64,000 bases of DNA, taken from contig CM121341.1 in NCBI GenBank assembly GCA_051530055.1, positions 17,214,784 through 17,278,783 on the forward strand. The letters are read 5' to 3'. How positions within the stretch are numbered: position 1 is the first letter of the stretch; each line of letters starts with the position of its first letter. Under the pieces are notes generated by a model. The model did not search any database and was not told the DNA's origin. It saw only the letters and a list, made by a program, of their open reading frames with translations. Source of the DNA: Neoechinorhynchus agilis (Eukaryota > Animalia > Acanthocephala). Below, in pieces: positions 36,016 to 53,401 of the stretch. A program made the translations under genes and the position numbers.

Positions 36016-37204
36016 CTAAAAAGGAGTGGATGAGGTTAGTGAGTTTGCTTGGCAGGAGTTCCAGAATAAAAGACACACTTATATAGATGCTTTCGATTGT
36101 GCGAACATTGTCGTTCTCCGTGTGTCTCTCTCGCAGCAGCTACAGCAGCAGCAGTCGAAACTTGCTGTTCGCTATAAGGAGCGTGTAAAAAAGGAGCCAT
36201 ATACACTGTATGGGTGCGTACGCTGACAGAATACGCCGTCAGATTGTCTTTTCTGCTCAGCAGAAGACTTGACAGCCACATGGAGCAGCCTTCAAGAAAA
36301 CTGCAGCAGCTACAGCGAGAATATATTAGTGTTTTTTGCGTACTGGATAACTCCTCGTAGAAAATGCGTCCTCCCTGTTCATCCTTATTGTTTTAGGCGT
36401 TATGCGAATAGAACCAAATGGCGAAGACGCTTTTTTTGCAAGGCTTGCTGTGAGTATTCTGTGAGTATTATTACGACTCACCGAAAATTGAGATTACGAA
36501 CGAGGAAATAATGCTCCACCCTCGAAAATCAAACCGATTCAAAATTACCTAATTTTAAGATCAGTCACATACTTAATTGTGCTTCATGTCCCGATTTTAC
36601 GCAAGATGGTTACAAAACAATTTTATGTAGGACTCCATAGATAGAATTCAAAGGAGAGATGTATCAAGTTTTCTCTCCTTTCCCATTTTCGCATGTTGCC
36701 CTAGATCATTTCAGCTTCAAAGCCTATTTTGCGCTGACTATAACGAGAAACATTATGAATTTTAAATATTTAATTTATAGGATTAGGCATAGTTCCAAAC
36801 ACAATTGAAATCCTTTATTTCGGTTGGTTGGCGTTAAATGCTTCGAAACTGCTCTAATAATGCATTACATCCCGTAAATATATGCATGATTAAATTTGAA
36901 TGTATCAAATACAAATTCCAACTGCTACATCTCGCGGGAGCTTTGATATAAAGACTATTAAATATTACTGGAATTCGGTCTTTCTATATTATGCCGATAA
37001 ATTGAAATTTTGTGCAGGTTATTTAGCAAGATATAACGGTCACTATTATTTTGCCGGAGAGCTGGGACTTCTTTTATCGTAATCACGATTTAATGCACTT
37101 TGAAAAAATAGACGTTTGCTGAAAAAATTGGCTAGGACATCCATTTTTCACCTCGCTTGATTCAATTCTGAAATATGCAGATTTTAAACATTATTAGAAA
37201 TATT

Positions 37205-37395
37205 TTCAATTGTGGTGAAGATAATCCCGGCTAGAAACCATTTCATTGTAATGAAATATTTCGAAAGAGGAAACCTCGCCTCATTAGTTGAAAAAGCTTA
37301 CAAGCAATTATTTCATAATAATAAAATGATTTCTTGCGTCAAAATTTACCATCCCGATAGATTTTCTGTCGATATGATTATAAGAAATAAAATGT
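37205..37395. repeat. Dispersed AT-rich repeat, two convergent copies
   Basis: 37213-37280 matches 22690-22756 directly; 37305-37395 matches 22635-22730 in reverse. Confidence 0.6.
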
Positions 37396-40300
37396 GATAA
37401 AGATAATAACTAGCAAAGTATTTTTCAAATACGAATTGGTAAACTTCCCATTCGTCAAGGTGTAATTAAAACCCAATTATTTTTAAGCAAAACTTTAAAC
37501 AGCACATATACGAATTTGCGTTTATCACTGAATTTAAAACATTTTAACTATGCGTTTCAAGAGCATAAATCAAAGTTTAATAATAATAATAATTTCATTG
37601 ACGAATAAAAATGTGCAATTGAATAAAAACAATTGCGAAGAGCTGGGACTTATTGAACTTTGTGTTAACTTCTGTTCGGAGAATTTTTCCATTAACGTAC
37701 ACGACGGTGTTGAGAAAGCGAAAAGTGCAGCTCATTTTGGACGCGTAGTTAAAAAGGGATGGCAGGGCGGAGGCATTAGTCATATTTTTCGAAAAAAGAA
37801 AGAGATGGAATGTCAAGTGAGTAGTTGTAGTGATGTAGGCAAAGGCGAGGTGTAATGATTTTTTCCAATCATCGGCATTGGCTAACTTTAGTCATCCGTC
37901 TAGACGAACTGTCACCCACACACACATGTAGGGAACTTACGGATATAGTGTCAAAGGAGCAAGTATCGCTTTCTCCTTTTCTTTAAACTCTTTTTTTCGG
38001 CGAACTTGGATTTATACTATGGATGCGAGCGGGAGGTTGTTAGAAAATATTGATTTTAATAAATTAAGAGAACGAATGTGCGTTTGTTAATAAGGGAAAG
38101 TGTTAGATCTCAGATTACACATGAAGGGAGAAATCATTAGAGATGTCTTGTGGGATGCGAGAGAGACATCTGACACATTGTTAGTCTCTGACTTCAAATC
38201 TTAGTATCGGAATTGTGAATAATTCATAACAGGACGGCGAGACGAGAATTTCGGACAATCTTCCATTTATCTATTCAAATGATTCTTGTCGAAGTCTACA
38301 GATCGGAATTTGTGGGCTATATAGCATACACATGCGGAAAATCGTAATATTTTCCAGTGGCTAGAGTATTTGGGAAAATAACGCCTCGGAAATTCCACAA
38401 CGGGTGTCGGTTAGACAAAGAAAAATACCGTTGATTTGCATCATTTTTTCTAAAATTATCGATTTCCTTACAAAATAAAACCTTGAACGCAATTCGCCCA
38501 CTGAATTTCTCAGATCTTTTCAATAATACAATCAAAAGATCATTGCGAGTGGGATATCAGAAATGTCAAGGCTTGATTGGATCGCAAAATAAAAGGACTA
38601 TCCCCCTTTGGAATAGACGAACACGTCCACCTTGGTAACTATGATACACAATGTCTCAAGTGACCTGCAAGTCAGACTATAGATGCAGTAGTATCATTCC
38701 AGTCGCTTAGTCTGAGAACTTCTAACTCATTAAATATCCACTTCCAGTCACTGTGCTTGCTTGTGTTGTCGATCTTTACTCGATAGACAAATATGAATCG
38801 ATTTTTTTGCTAGTCTGTGTGTTCCCATTCTTTTGGTAACGAGACATGGAGTCCTTTCGAGCTATTCACTTAATTGATCCAATAAGATCGTTATTCTAAA
38901 TTTCCTTATCACGCAGCGACAATACTGATCTCAAAGCAATGAATATTACGTTTGTTTCTACTAAGTCGTTAAACTAAAAATCTTCATATTTTCTATGGAG
39001 GCGCACGTTGCATCCAACTGAGATTCTAAAGATTTAAAAGCAACCAGCATAATGATATCTCATCTTTTTCATAGCAACACCGAACTCATGTTTTCCTAAA
39101 TGTCTAATGTCCAGTAAAATGCCTTTAAAGAAAGTTTCAATCAATCTTTTAGGTGGGCAATGATCGTCCTTATCCAACATGGGTCCACTTTTATGTTAGC
39201 AATTTTCATTTACGTCAAATAAAGGTTATGGTTCAGGCCGCTTAAATCGTAAAAGGTTCTTGACATTTGGAAGGTCGTCAAAGTAGATTTATACTAAAAA
39301 ACAGTGAGGTCAATAAGCTGAATAACTTTTATATCCTTATTTCTTACGATAGCGCAATTATCTGGTACCTGAATTGTTATATAGCCATAAACCAATATTG
39401 CGGTTGGTAATTTTAACGTCTTTAGAAATGACGCATCCCTTGAGAGGTTACATAATCTCTTTCTCGACTGCTTGCATAATTTAAATTTCATTCTCAAGTT
39501 TTATCCAGGCATAAGCAAGTGACATGGCATCGTCTGTTGACATTGTTTTAGATTACAAAGCCTTTAAAGGAACTTTTACTAGAATAAGACTTTCAAATTT
39601 TTGTGAAACGTTTCTATGAAAGCTATTAAATGTCCATAAGGTTGTCTTAAAAACTTTTAACCTGATTTCGCTCACTTTAAGATCAGATTTCGTACTATAT
39701 GGGAAGTTATGTTGAACTTCATGTGGATTGATCGTAACTTTGGTGAGTTTCTTCAAGTGGGTCGGAAGCTCTCGTTTTTCCGTACTATATATAATTGCTG
39801 TGTCAACTCACGCGTTTCTTTTATTCTGTTGAAGTTTAAAACATGCTTCATGCAACATTACTGCGTTCATAATGTACGCCGAAAATTTGAGTGAGCAGTG
39901 GTGGTGGAATTCGATAATTTTCGTGGATACAACTCTAACGATTTGGAGTCTATGAAAAACTTGAATTTTCTTCAGCTCAACTTGACTGAGACTTTTTCAC
40001 CTGATTTAATGACAGGGATATCAAAGTGAAAAAAACTTGAAATCTAACCTCAAAATCTTTACATAGTTTTGATTGTATCCATGAAGTAGACTGTTTTTGA
40101 TTCGTTGGATAAAATCTTTTTGCTCAACGATTATTAAGCATCGGACGTGCATATAATATAAGAAGACAAACACATTCCTTTTATGGCTGAACCCAAAGAT
40201 AATACTCCAAACACATCCTTGCACCTGTGGGCCATATCACATATTCCATGATGCGGGAAACGACTGATCGTCCTAACCAATTGCACCGAAATGGGATGTT

Positions 40301-42682
40301 ATGATCAGCGAAACAAACGTTGGTGTCATCGAACACTAAGAATATCTTTATAGACAACAACATATCTTGAGGGTATTAATGGCACTTTAAAAGGCTTAAT
40401 CTAGGCGTCCTAAAGGTCGGCAAGATAAACGTTTAGAAGCTATCTAAAGAATAGTGAAAGTTGTATTAGACAATCGATATTATTCGCCAAATTGAGTTTT
40501 AAAAACTTAAAGAAAGCTGGGGTCGATCGATTCTTAAGGCGAAACAATAATCCTCGTGGGTTTGTTAATGGCAGTAGTGGATTAAACATCTTTCCAATAA
40601 AATGCTGAATATTTATTTTAAATTCATCTCCAGCTTTAAATAAAATTCCTGTATCAATTTTCAACTAAGTCGATATGCTTAACGGGGACATTTATCTGCA
40701 TTACGATCAAGAAATCTTAATTGAAGACGATCGGCGGTAAGAAAAGTTGCTTTTTTGTTAACAGGGTGAAATTTTTATGTTATTATATCAGAAAAATTAG
40801 ATATCCGTCTCTTGTATTTCGATATGAGTAGTACGCAATGAACACTAATGTTTTCGGCATAATTGAGCTCTACTTAAGACACCAACATTCTTATCATAGG
40901 AGCTTTAAGGCGAGAAATCGTTCGCATTTGTGTGGTTCCTATTTTATCTGGCAGTTTTTTCGGGATATTGAGATGTGTGAATATTTTATGCGGCGCATTT
41001 TTCAGAAAATTGCTCTAAGAGTATACATGTTCGCTTCAATTCCACTGAAAATTAATAATGCAATTTGTTTGGCTTTAAAAAATTCGATTTTATACTCAAA
41101 ATGTTTTCTATGATTTCTTATTGAATTTGTACCACTTTTACGTTAATTTTCATTAAATATTCCAAGCTTCTTGTCGTTAAAAAAATTACCAGTAAAAGAA
41201 AAAATGTTATGTTACTTCTTTTTAAGTAGCGTAGATCTTTGTATTTGTTCCCATAATATTTACTTTCTAGCAGCTATCTTAAACGATTCATATTTGTCAT
41301 TCGTTACTGAAGAGCATTATGTACATTCAGTTGTCATTCATTTCCCCTGCCCAAAAAATGCTTAGCTATTGACGAATATTTATTCATTCGTAAGTAGTTT
41401 TTTATTTTATGATTTAAAATTTCCATTTTTGTGTTCCGATGTAGGAATGAAATAAAAATAGAAAACCTTAATTCTTAGAAGATTCCTCCTCAAACGTTTG
41501 AGAAACGAATATTTTTGCATTTTAAATCAAGGACGTTTGTTAAACAATGAAGAATAGTTTCGCTATTTAAAAGAGCCGAGAGCTTGGTCTTTTCGAACGG
41601 ATATAGGGATGGAATATTGGACCTTCAGAGCAATGATCATTGATAGTCACTGTAAACTCGCGTTAGAATTTTATAGAGTTAAAATAACGAATTTAATGAT
41701 GAAAAGGAAATAAGATTAACGCCATCTATCGCATGTTTGCCCTCACGAAGTTTCTGGCTGCCCGGCATGACTTCGCAACATCTTGGTTTTTCTTTAACCA
41801 CAATATGGAAGGCATCCGATTTCTCTTTTCTTTTTAGTGCAACTAATTAGATTGTTCGTTGCTTGTATTCTCCATGTGAGATTCATTCACTCTAAGGGTA
41901 GCCTTCAGGATACATTTTACTCGATTCCATTCATTAATAACTTATTACCATCGTTCTGATTTCAAAGGACAATCCGACTTACCTTCCATCCTAACCGAGC
42001 ATTTTCCCGATTTCTATTTTGCTCACTTTAAACAAGAGAAATGAGCTAATTAAATAACATTCCTAGTTTCTTTAAGTGCTCAATGCACCACTAAATTAAT
42101 ATTGCATTTAAAGTTCATTAATCATTGTTTTCTAATCTCCTTATTGTCAAGAAATTGCGCCCTCAAGGTTTTATTGCGAGTTTTTTTTTAACAAATTGCC
42201 GTTATATCAGCACCTTTATGAACATCTATTTGTTAATTGTAGCTATGAGTAAAAGCTGGCTATTAAAGCTTCCTAGAAATCGCTACCCGTTTCGCTTCGA
42301 GAAATGATCCATGAGACTGCCATTCCGCTAAAGTAAAGAAATTTGAATGCTTATTCGCACCCAAGCGAGTCGTGTAACATGTAAACGAATTCCGCACCAG
42401 AGTGATTCAGATACTACATGGACCAGAATGATTTCTGGGAATAGAAAGTCGGTAGTTGTTGGATACGCGTATCTGCCAATATTTAGCCTGGTTTCTTCGT
42501 TGTGCTCCCCAGCTCTTTTCGATGAAACTATCCAAGGAACGGGAACTTCGATTTATTTACTTTCAACGCAAATAGTCGAGTAATGGTACCTGTAACGCAT
42601 CTTAATAACCATATCTCAAAATATTCAATTTCCTTGTGCGTTGGCGAATCCTGCCCCCGGTGCTTTCGTTACTCATTTATAT

Positions 42683-42722
42683 TCGAAATATTTCACAAGG
42701 TTTTCCTTGCCTCTTCAGTCGA
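42683..42722 (-). ncRNA. Minimal type I hammerhead ribozyme, apparently intact
   Basis: TCGA-CTGAAGA-G-GCAAGG-AAAA-CCTTGT-GAAA-TAT-T-TCGA. Same family as 863-902; the shared flank extends to 42634. Confidence 0.7.
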
Positions 42723-44247
42723 TATCTATGGGTTGGTGGATTCAACTAAATTCATTAAATAACTTTGTGGGAGTTTCCAGCCGTTGGCAATATAATTAAC
42801 ATAACCAAGAAATGCCCTAAACCTTTTTAAATCTACTATATAAAGCAGACACCTTTAAACCGGAATTTTTACAACATTTTGCTTGCGATTTGCGACAGTC
42901 TTAGTTTTTCAAATTCGTGAGCTTAAAAGACTACATTTTGGGCCAAGAAGCGCAAAGTATTCCGACTAGCCAACCAAATTCTTTGTTACTTCAACTTACA
43001 CTTTTTAAATGGAAACCTTAATTTCACCGTTTACACGGCTTCAAATCTAAAAATGACTTTGAAAAAAATCTGTTTCTTTAATTGGGCCATCATCCTTTTG
43101 GTTCAAATTTATTCGCCTTAGGAGTCATTGTGATCAACAACTACAGTGTGGCATTGAACCTGGGCTTTTACGTAACAAGTAGCCACTTAAAAGACAACAA
43201 TGTATGCATTAGATTAGATCTGTTAATTCCATCAATTACAAGATTCCGTCTTATCTCTTTCTCTACCGCCCAAAAAACAGTTCCGATGTCCGACTTAAAA
43301 CTTTTCTGTTCCACAGCGACGTACCATTGCGGCGTTCCCGATAAAACGATTTAGTTTCCCAGTTGCACTCCAGGGTGCCGAATTCATCATATATTCGTTT
43401 TATAGTTGCAAGTTCTCGCTTCCATTGCTCTTATGCAATCCTACAAAAACCCGGCTTCCTCTGCTACTTGTACAAGAGCTGCCGTCGTATCTTCTTTATA
43501 CACATCAGGCGCAGCAGAAACGGATCGAATTAAGACGGCTGTAGTTAAGACCCATTTGTATGTATACGATTGCGAGATCGGTGCCCTTGTCTCGACCACC
43601 TTTTCCCCATCACCGAACCCTCGGGCTCCGTACAGTACTCGGCAGCACTAGTGGTGGCGATAATTCTCAGGACGGCGGCTGCAAACACAACCGTGACATA
43701 TAATAGATTGGTTGTCATTGCGCAAATTAGGCCATTCGCAAACTCGGGTGCTCTTGGAGATGGCTACTCGACCTCAATCGTGATTTTTGAATGTGCGATT
43801 TCTATTCACTTCAATTCTCATCGATTTAAATCCGACTTTTAGTCGTGTATTTGATATTATTCCATCGTTGAATCACACGATTTTACCTGCTTTTGCTTTT
43901 AAAAAGGAGACCAGTTATCTCAATTTTATCTCACACCACTAGAGAAGTTTTGCGTCGTCTATACGAGAATATTACAAATTGCGATCAATTGTATGGAAAT
44001 TTATCTCCATTCGAAGTTTATTTCGAATCTAATGTACGGCAATTGACGTGACGGGCACAGCCTTCTCATTCGATTTGGTTTCCTACCATATACCGCTGTG
44101 TGAGAGAAAATCACCTTGTTTCAAAATGTCGATATGTGAGGAGGAGCATTATTTTGAAATTTTCTATCTAGTATTTAATTTTTTGATTAAAGACGCTATG
44201 TGAACCTCATTGGGTTCATCATCAGTTTGTTAGTTATTAAAAGACGC

Positions 44248-44279
44248 CTGATGATGAACATGACAAGGTTCGAAACGTT
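44248..44279 (+). ncRNA. Degenerate minimal hammerhead motif
   Basis: CTGATGA-T-GAAC-atgacaag-GTTC-GAAA-CGT-T. Stem I is unpaired; partial inverted copy at about 44200-44225. Confidence 0.45.
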
Positions 44280-44955
44280 TTTGATAGACCTAAACAATTA
44301 CTTTGTTTCAAGTTAATTTTTACCTTTTATGAGGGTTTAATTCCATGGTGTTATTCGCTGACAAAGGTTATTGTTCGAATTTATAGTTTCTTATATTGAC
44401 AAAAATTGTTTATCATAATTGTTTTCTCTTTAATCGCCAATTTTACCACCTTCTCTACTTAGAACAATATAATTCTACTTTGAATACGTGATTTCACCCC
44501 ATTTAGAGTTTAAAATCGCTTTGTAGAATTTCTCCATGGCCGTCCGCAACGTTTAGAAGTGTTTTTAAGACCGTAGCAAAATCTTTTCATCTCGTAACTC
44601 TTCGTTTAATATCGAATTTGTGCCTTGGAATTAAATAATGATTTTTAGCTAGCCGGAAAGTCGTTTGAATTCTACGATCTTATTTATTTTTATCACGTAA
44701 ATGGATCCACCGGGCAATTCGTCAAAGAAATGTCTTTTATGGATTTATTTTTCAGCCATATATGTCCACAGTGGCATTGTTACTGATGAGCACTTCTAGA
44801 TTTTTTTAAATAGCTAAAATCAATATCAGATTTGATATTTTACTTGAGTTCAGTCTATATTTGTGACTATCGATAACACGATAGGGAGAGGGAGCGAACA
44901 ATAAGTCTAACCTATTGCACCTACAAACAATTGCAGAGACGGAAACGTGCCTCCC

Positions 44956-45600
44956 ATGGCGCTAGTGTTCAATTACTCTTCATCTTCCTCACAATCAGAC
45001 GAAGAGTCTCAAATTCAGCCAGTCCCAATTCGCCAATTTGAACACGAACAAGGTCAATGGGCGATTCATGTATTTGTTCCCTTGTCAGCGGTGCTTACAA
45101 ACGAGCTGTTAGATAATTCCTTGAGCATAGATGATGGCAAGATATATCGGTTGGATCACAAGTGTTTACATATCAGCTTATCAAGATGTTTCCCCACCCG
45201 TAGACATTTCATCGAGCCAATATTTAATGATCTCAGACAAGTTCTCGAACAAAAGCAGTCACGAAACCTTCTTGTTTGTGTTAATAGCACGCATCTTACA
45301 GTTCTTGCTAATGACTCTAACACTCGATTTTTCCTTGGAATAGTCGTTAAAGACAACCAATCGGTTGAGATTCTTGAGTCCTTGGTTCAAAAAGTAGACC
45401 AAGTTCTTGCTCAATACAGGGCCCCGTTATACTACAAAGACCGGTGCTTCCATATAAGTTTGGCTTGGGCGGATGAACGCCAAAGGTTAGAACGAATCGC
45501 GCTAAGTAAGGCTGGTGCCAAAGGAAAGACGTTTATGATACCAATAGAAAATTTAGTACTTAAATACGGTGGGCAGTTTGTAAAAACTTTTAAATTGTAA
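44956..45600 (+). CDS. USB1: U6 snRNA 2H phosphodiesterase USB1
   Basis: N-terminal MALV.YSSSS; FEHEQGQWAIHVFVP; two HxS motifs (HISLS, HISLA); TRFFLG. Confidence 0.88.
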   Translation: MALVFNYSSSSSQSDEESQIQPVPIRQFEHEQGQWAIHVFVPLSAVLTNELLDNSLSIDDGKIYRLDHKCLHISLSRCFPTRRHFIEPIFNDLRQVLEQKQSRNLLVCVNSTHLTVLANDSNTRFFLGIVVKDNQSVEILESLVQKVDQVLAQYRAPLYYKDRCFHISLAWADERQRLERIALSKAGAKGKTFMIPIENLVLKYGGQFVKTFKL

Positions 45601-46428
45601 ATGTATTCAGTGAAGGGTAGCAGATAAAGATTTGTAGACGAGCATTTGAATCTCGGTAATGGGTTAAAGGTATTTATATATTTTTATTTTAAGATTCACG
45701 ACTGTTTTTAAACGTTTTTATCTCTGTAAATAATATATCATGGCGACGCTAAAACCAATGAAATTTGTTTCTTCAATTTTAAAAATTGAAGTGTGATACT
45801 GCTCTCAGAAAAATAAGTATGGAAAGCATTTCTTAAATGTTTTATTTAAACCAATTCTATTTGATACTTTAATAATGGTGGTGATTACGAGAGTTCCCTA
45901 CACCATCATGAAGATTGATTAGAATTATAATGGATGCGGAGAATGTCAGGTATTAGAATAACTTGAATTTCGTAACAGTACTTTAAAGGAGTGTAGTTCT
46001 CTTATTAATTTTAAATTGGCTGATGAAAAGGGTATTCTGAACTTCATCCAGGATTTTTATTATTCTTCAAATTATAAGAATTGCAATCTTAAATTTTATC
46101 GAGAAACGATTCGAATAATCGTGTATTTTTTCAATATTATTATACGACTTTTTTTATAAACCTTAAAGAAAGTATACAAAAACGGGTACGACGCTTTTGG
46201 GATATTACCGAAGAGTTAGACGCTTTTTCGCCACATCATGGCAATTCATCCTGAAGCAAAATAGACGCTCTGATCCGCCAACTGAAAAAATTCCCGGCGT
46301 AAAACTACACCAGCGTCTCTCAGACCACTTGAAACATAGACCATACACGTCTGAATGGCCACTAAAATATTTTAGACAATTCCCTTGAGTTGTCTCGCAA
46401 TCTCATTGCATGCTACACTTTTTGAGAA

Positions 46429-51086
<4,658 letters not shown>

Positions 51087-51535
51087 TATCAAGGGAATCG
51101 AATGAGTTCGTTGTTCGCATTTTGATGTTTTTGTATAAATTGAAGATTATTAATTGTGAACTGGTGCCAAAACAATAACGTTCATTGGGTTTAACACGGG
51201 AAACATTACGCTGTGATAATGTACTAAACATTCGTTGTTTTTTCATATATCGAATTGGGTTCTTTTAAGTCTAATGAAATTTATGAGTGGGCACTTAAGT
51301 AAAATTTTATTCGATGAATTTGTACTGTGCCATAATAATTAGCTCTTGATGTTACTTTCCTACCGGAATAGCTTTTTGTACACCTTCAACAATTATTTGG
51401 TGAAATAAACAAAAGTGCTTCCGTTAAGTGCAACTTTGTATTTTCAATGCCACCAATTCCAAATCAAATAATTAAAATCTACGGTCTATACTCTAGAGAT
51501 ACTAATAGGTTCTAAACTAACATCTTATCCGTTAC

Positions 51536-52483
51536 TTAGAACATATTGCTAGATAGAACTTCAGTCGAGCTAGCATCTAAAGCGGTGTCGGGCTCAAAGA
51601 ACTCCATATAATCCGACGAGTATTCCATAGCGTTATCCATTTCTTCGTTTTCCTCTAATGTCCCTTCATCGGGTTTAATGCTGTCATCGAATTCGGGAAT
51701 TTTGACTTCCTTCACAAAGTCCGGCAACTCCGAGGTCTGCTTCAGGTTTGTACCGTACTTTTGTGTGTAAGCAATAGGATCCGTTCTAGTCACACCGAGA
51801 CTTTTGAATTCCTTGAGGACCTTAACCTTCGCACCTTCCCATTGAATGATCAGGTTTTTCATTGGAGGCAACGGTTGTATCTGTGGAGCCCGTTGATAGA
51901 TGACTCTCCTCTTCTGCTCTTTGTATGGAACCCATTTTTCGATTATTATAGATCTTGGTTTTGGTGGTAAAGGAGGAAGCCGTTCAATGATGACCCTCCG
52001 GGGCGGTGGAGGCGGTGCGGGTAGAGAGCGTGTAATCACTTTAGGTCCACCACATTCTGGCCGCTTTGGAGGTTTCTCACGAATTACCAATGGAGGCGGC
52101 GTCGCGGGTCTTGGTGGTCTTTGCCTGATGATGAAAGGCGGAGCTGGTGGAGCCTGAGTCGCTCGAATTTCCTTGATAACAACAGGTTCCAGTGGTGGTG
52201 GAGTGGGAGGTTTCAAATAACGAACTGCCACCTCTTGTTTGTAAATTATTTGTCCGTTGGCTTGTTTCCGTACTATGTGTGGTTCCGGGTCGTAGTTGAT
52301 GCGCTGGCAATTCAGTGAGTTATTAAGGTTGACTCCGAAGTCTTGGGATAAAGGCTGAGCTGCATATACCTGCTAATGTGTATTTTTTTAAATCTCACTT
52401 CTAATCCTAAAACGTACCTGATCGCCGATTGGATTGTGACTAAAGAAAGTCGCCATTGAAGCATCTTGGCCGTAGCAATCCAT
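51536..52483 (-). CDS. Uncharacterised proline-rich repeat protein (two exons)
   Basis: ATG 52483, canonical intron, then continuous frame DPEPHIVRK...EVAVRYLKPPTPPP...NLIIQWE...YTQKYG to stop at 51536. Confidence 0.75.
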
Positions 52484-53401
52484 GGTTATAGCACACAATG
52501 AGAAACGATATCTTTATCTTATAGTAAGCTTGGCTTATCTACCCTTAAAGCGGGTGCAAACATGTGACAACAAATTCGAGTGTAACTTTCATATTTATGA
52601 ACAAAATAGACGCACACTTAAATATATTAAGCGAAAAAGTAATTTAAAAACATAAAGTACATTTAAGATGAATGTACAATGGGATATATTATCGTAACTC
52701 AAAATTATGATCGTCGTAAAAGTCATCTAGATTTTTTTTATAAAAAAGCACCTTAATCATTTTTTAAATGCAAATCTATGTTCTTTGTTTTTTGTTCATG
52801 TACGAGCTGCATTATAACCGCCTTTAAAGTATTCGCTAAAAAGTATTTCGTTCGGTACGGGCTTATTACAGACAAAATAAAAAATGATTTCATCAAGTGA
52901 TAGAAGATCTTGGATTTGAAAACACTGACGATGCTAAATTGTATGACAAATGCAAAAAATATTATTCTTGTCAATATCTGTGATGATAGTTTTCACAATA
53001 TAAAAACTTTTGATCAATTTTTATAGAAAATTAAAATAACAGGGTTTTTCAAAATGAACATTCGATGAGGTTATAAAGGCAAATACGATTTGTTGGAATT
53101 TCATTCTTGTTTATGAATTGTAGCATTTGGGCACTAATTTATATTATTTGGAAAAGTAAGTTTTAGAGTAGACTGTGAACCTCGCTTTCGTTTGAACGAT
53201 TTAAGCAGTGTTTCAAAATTCCTTTCCGAGGGCGACAATAGTTAACAATGATACAATTTAAATACATTTCAAGAAAAGTGAATAAAGTACCTTATCAATC
53301 CTTCCACTATTGCTACACACAACACTCCTCCATGGTTTAAAAACTTTACTCGTCAAAATCATCACAAAAAGATTTCAACTTTCGCAGCAACATTCAACAC
53401 G

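Noticed and set aside
36026-42600. Many 60-100 aa ORFs in the AT-rich region upstream of the IF gene
   Set aside because: Composition of random AT-rich frames, no domains, no coherent exon chains.
43082-43842. Overlapping GC-richer ORFs as a gene
   Set aside because: Stops in all frames and no recognisable domain; probably decayed mobile DNA that I cannot classify.
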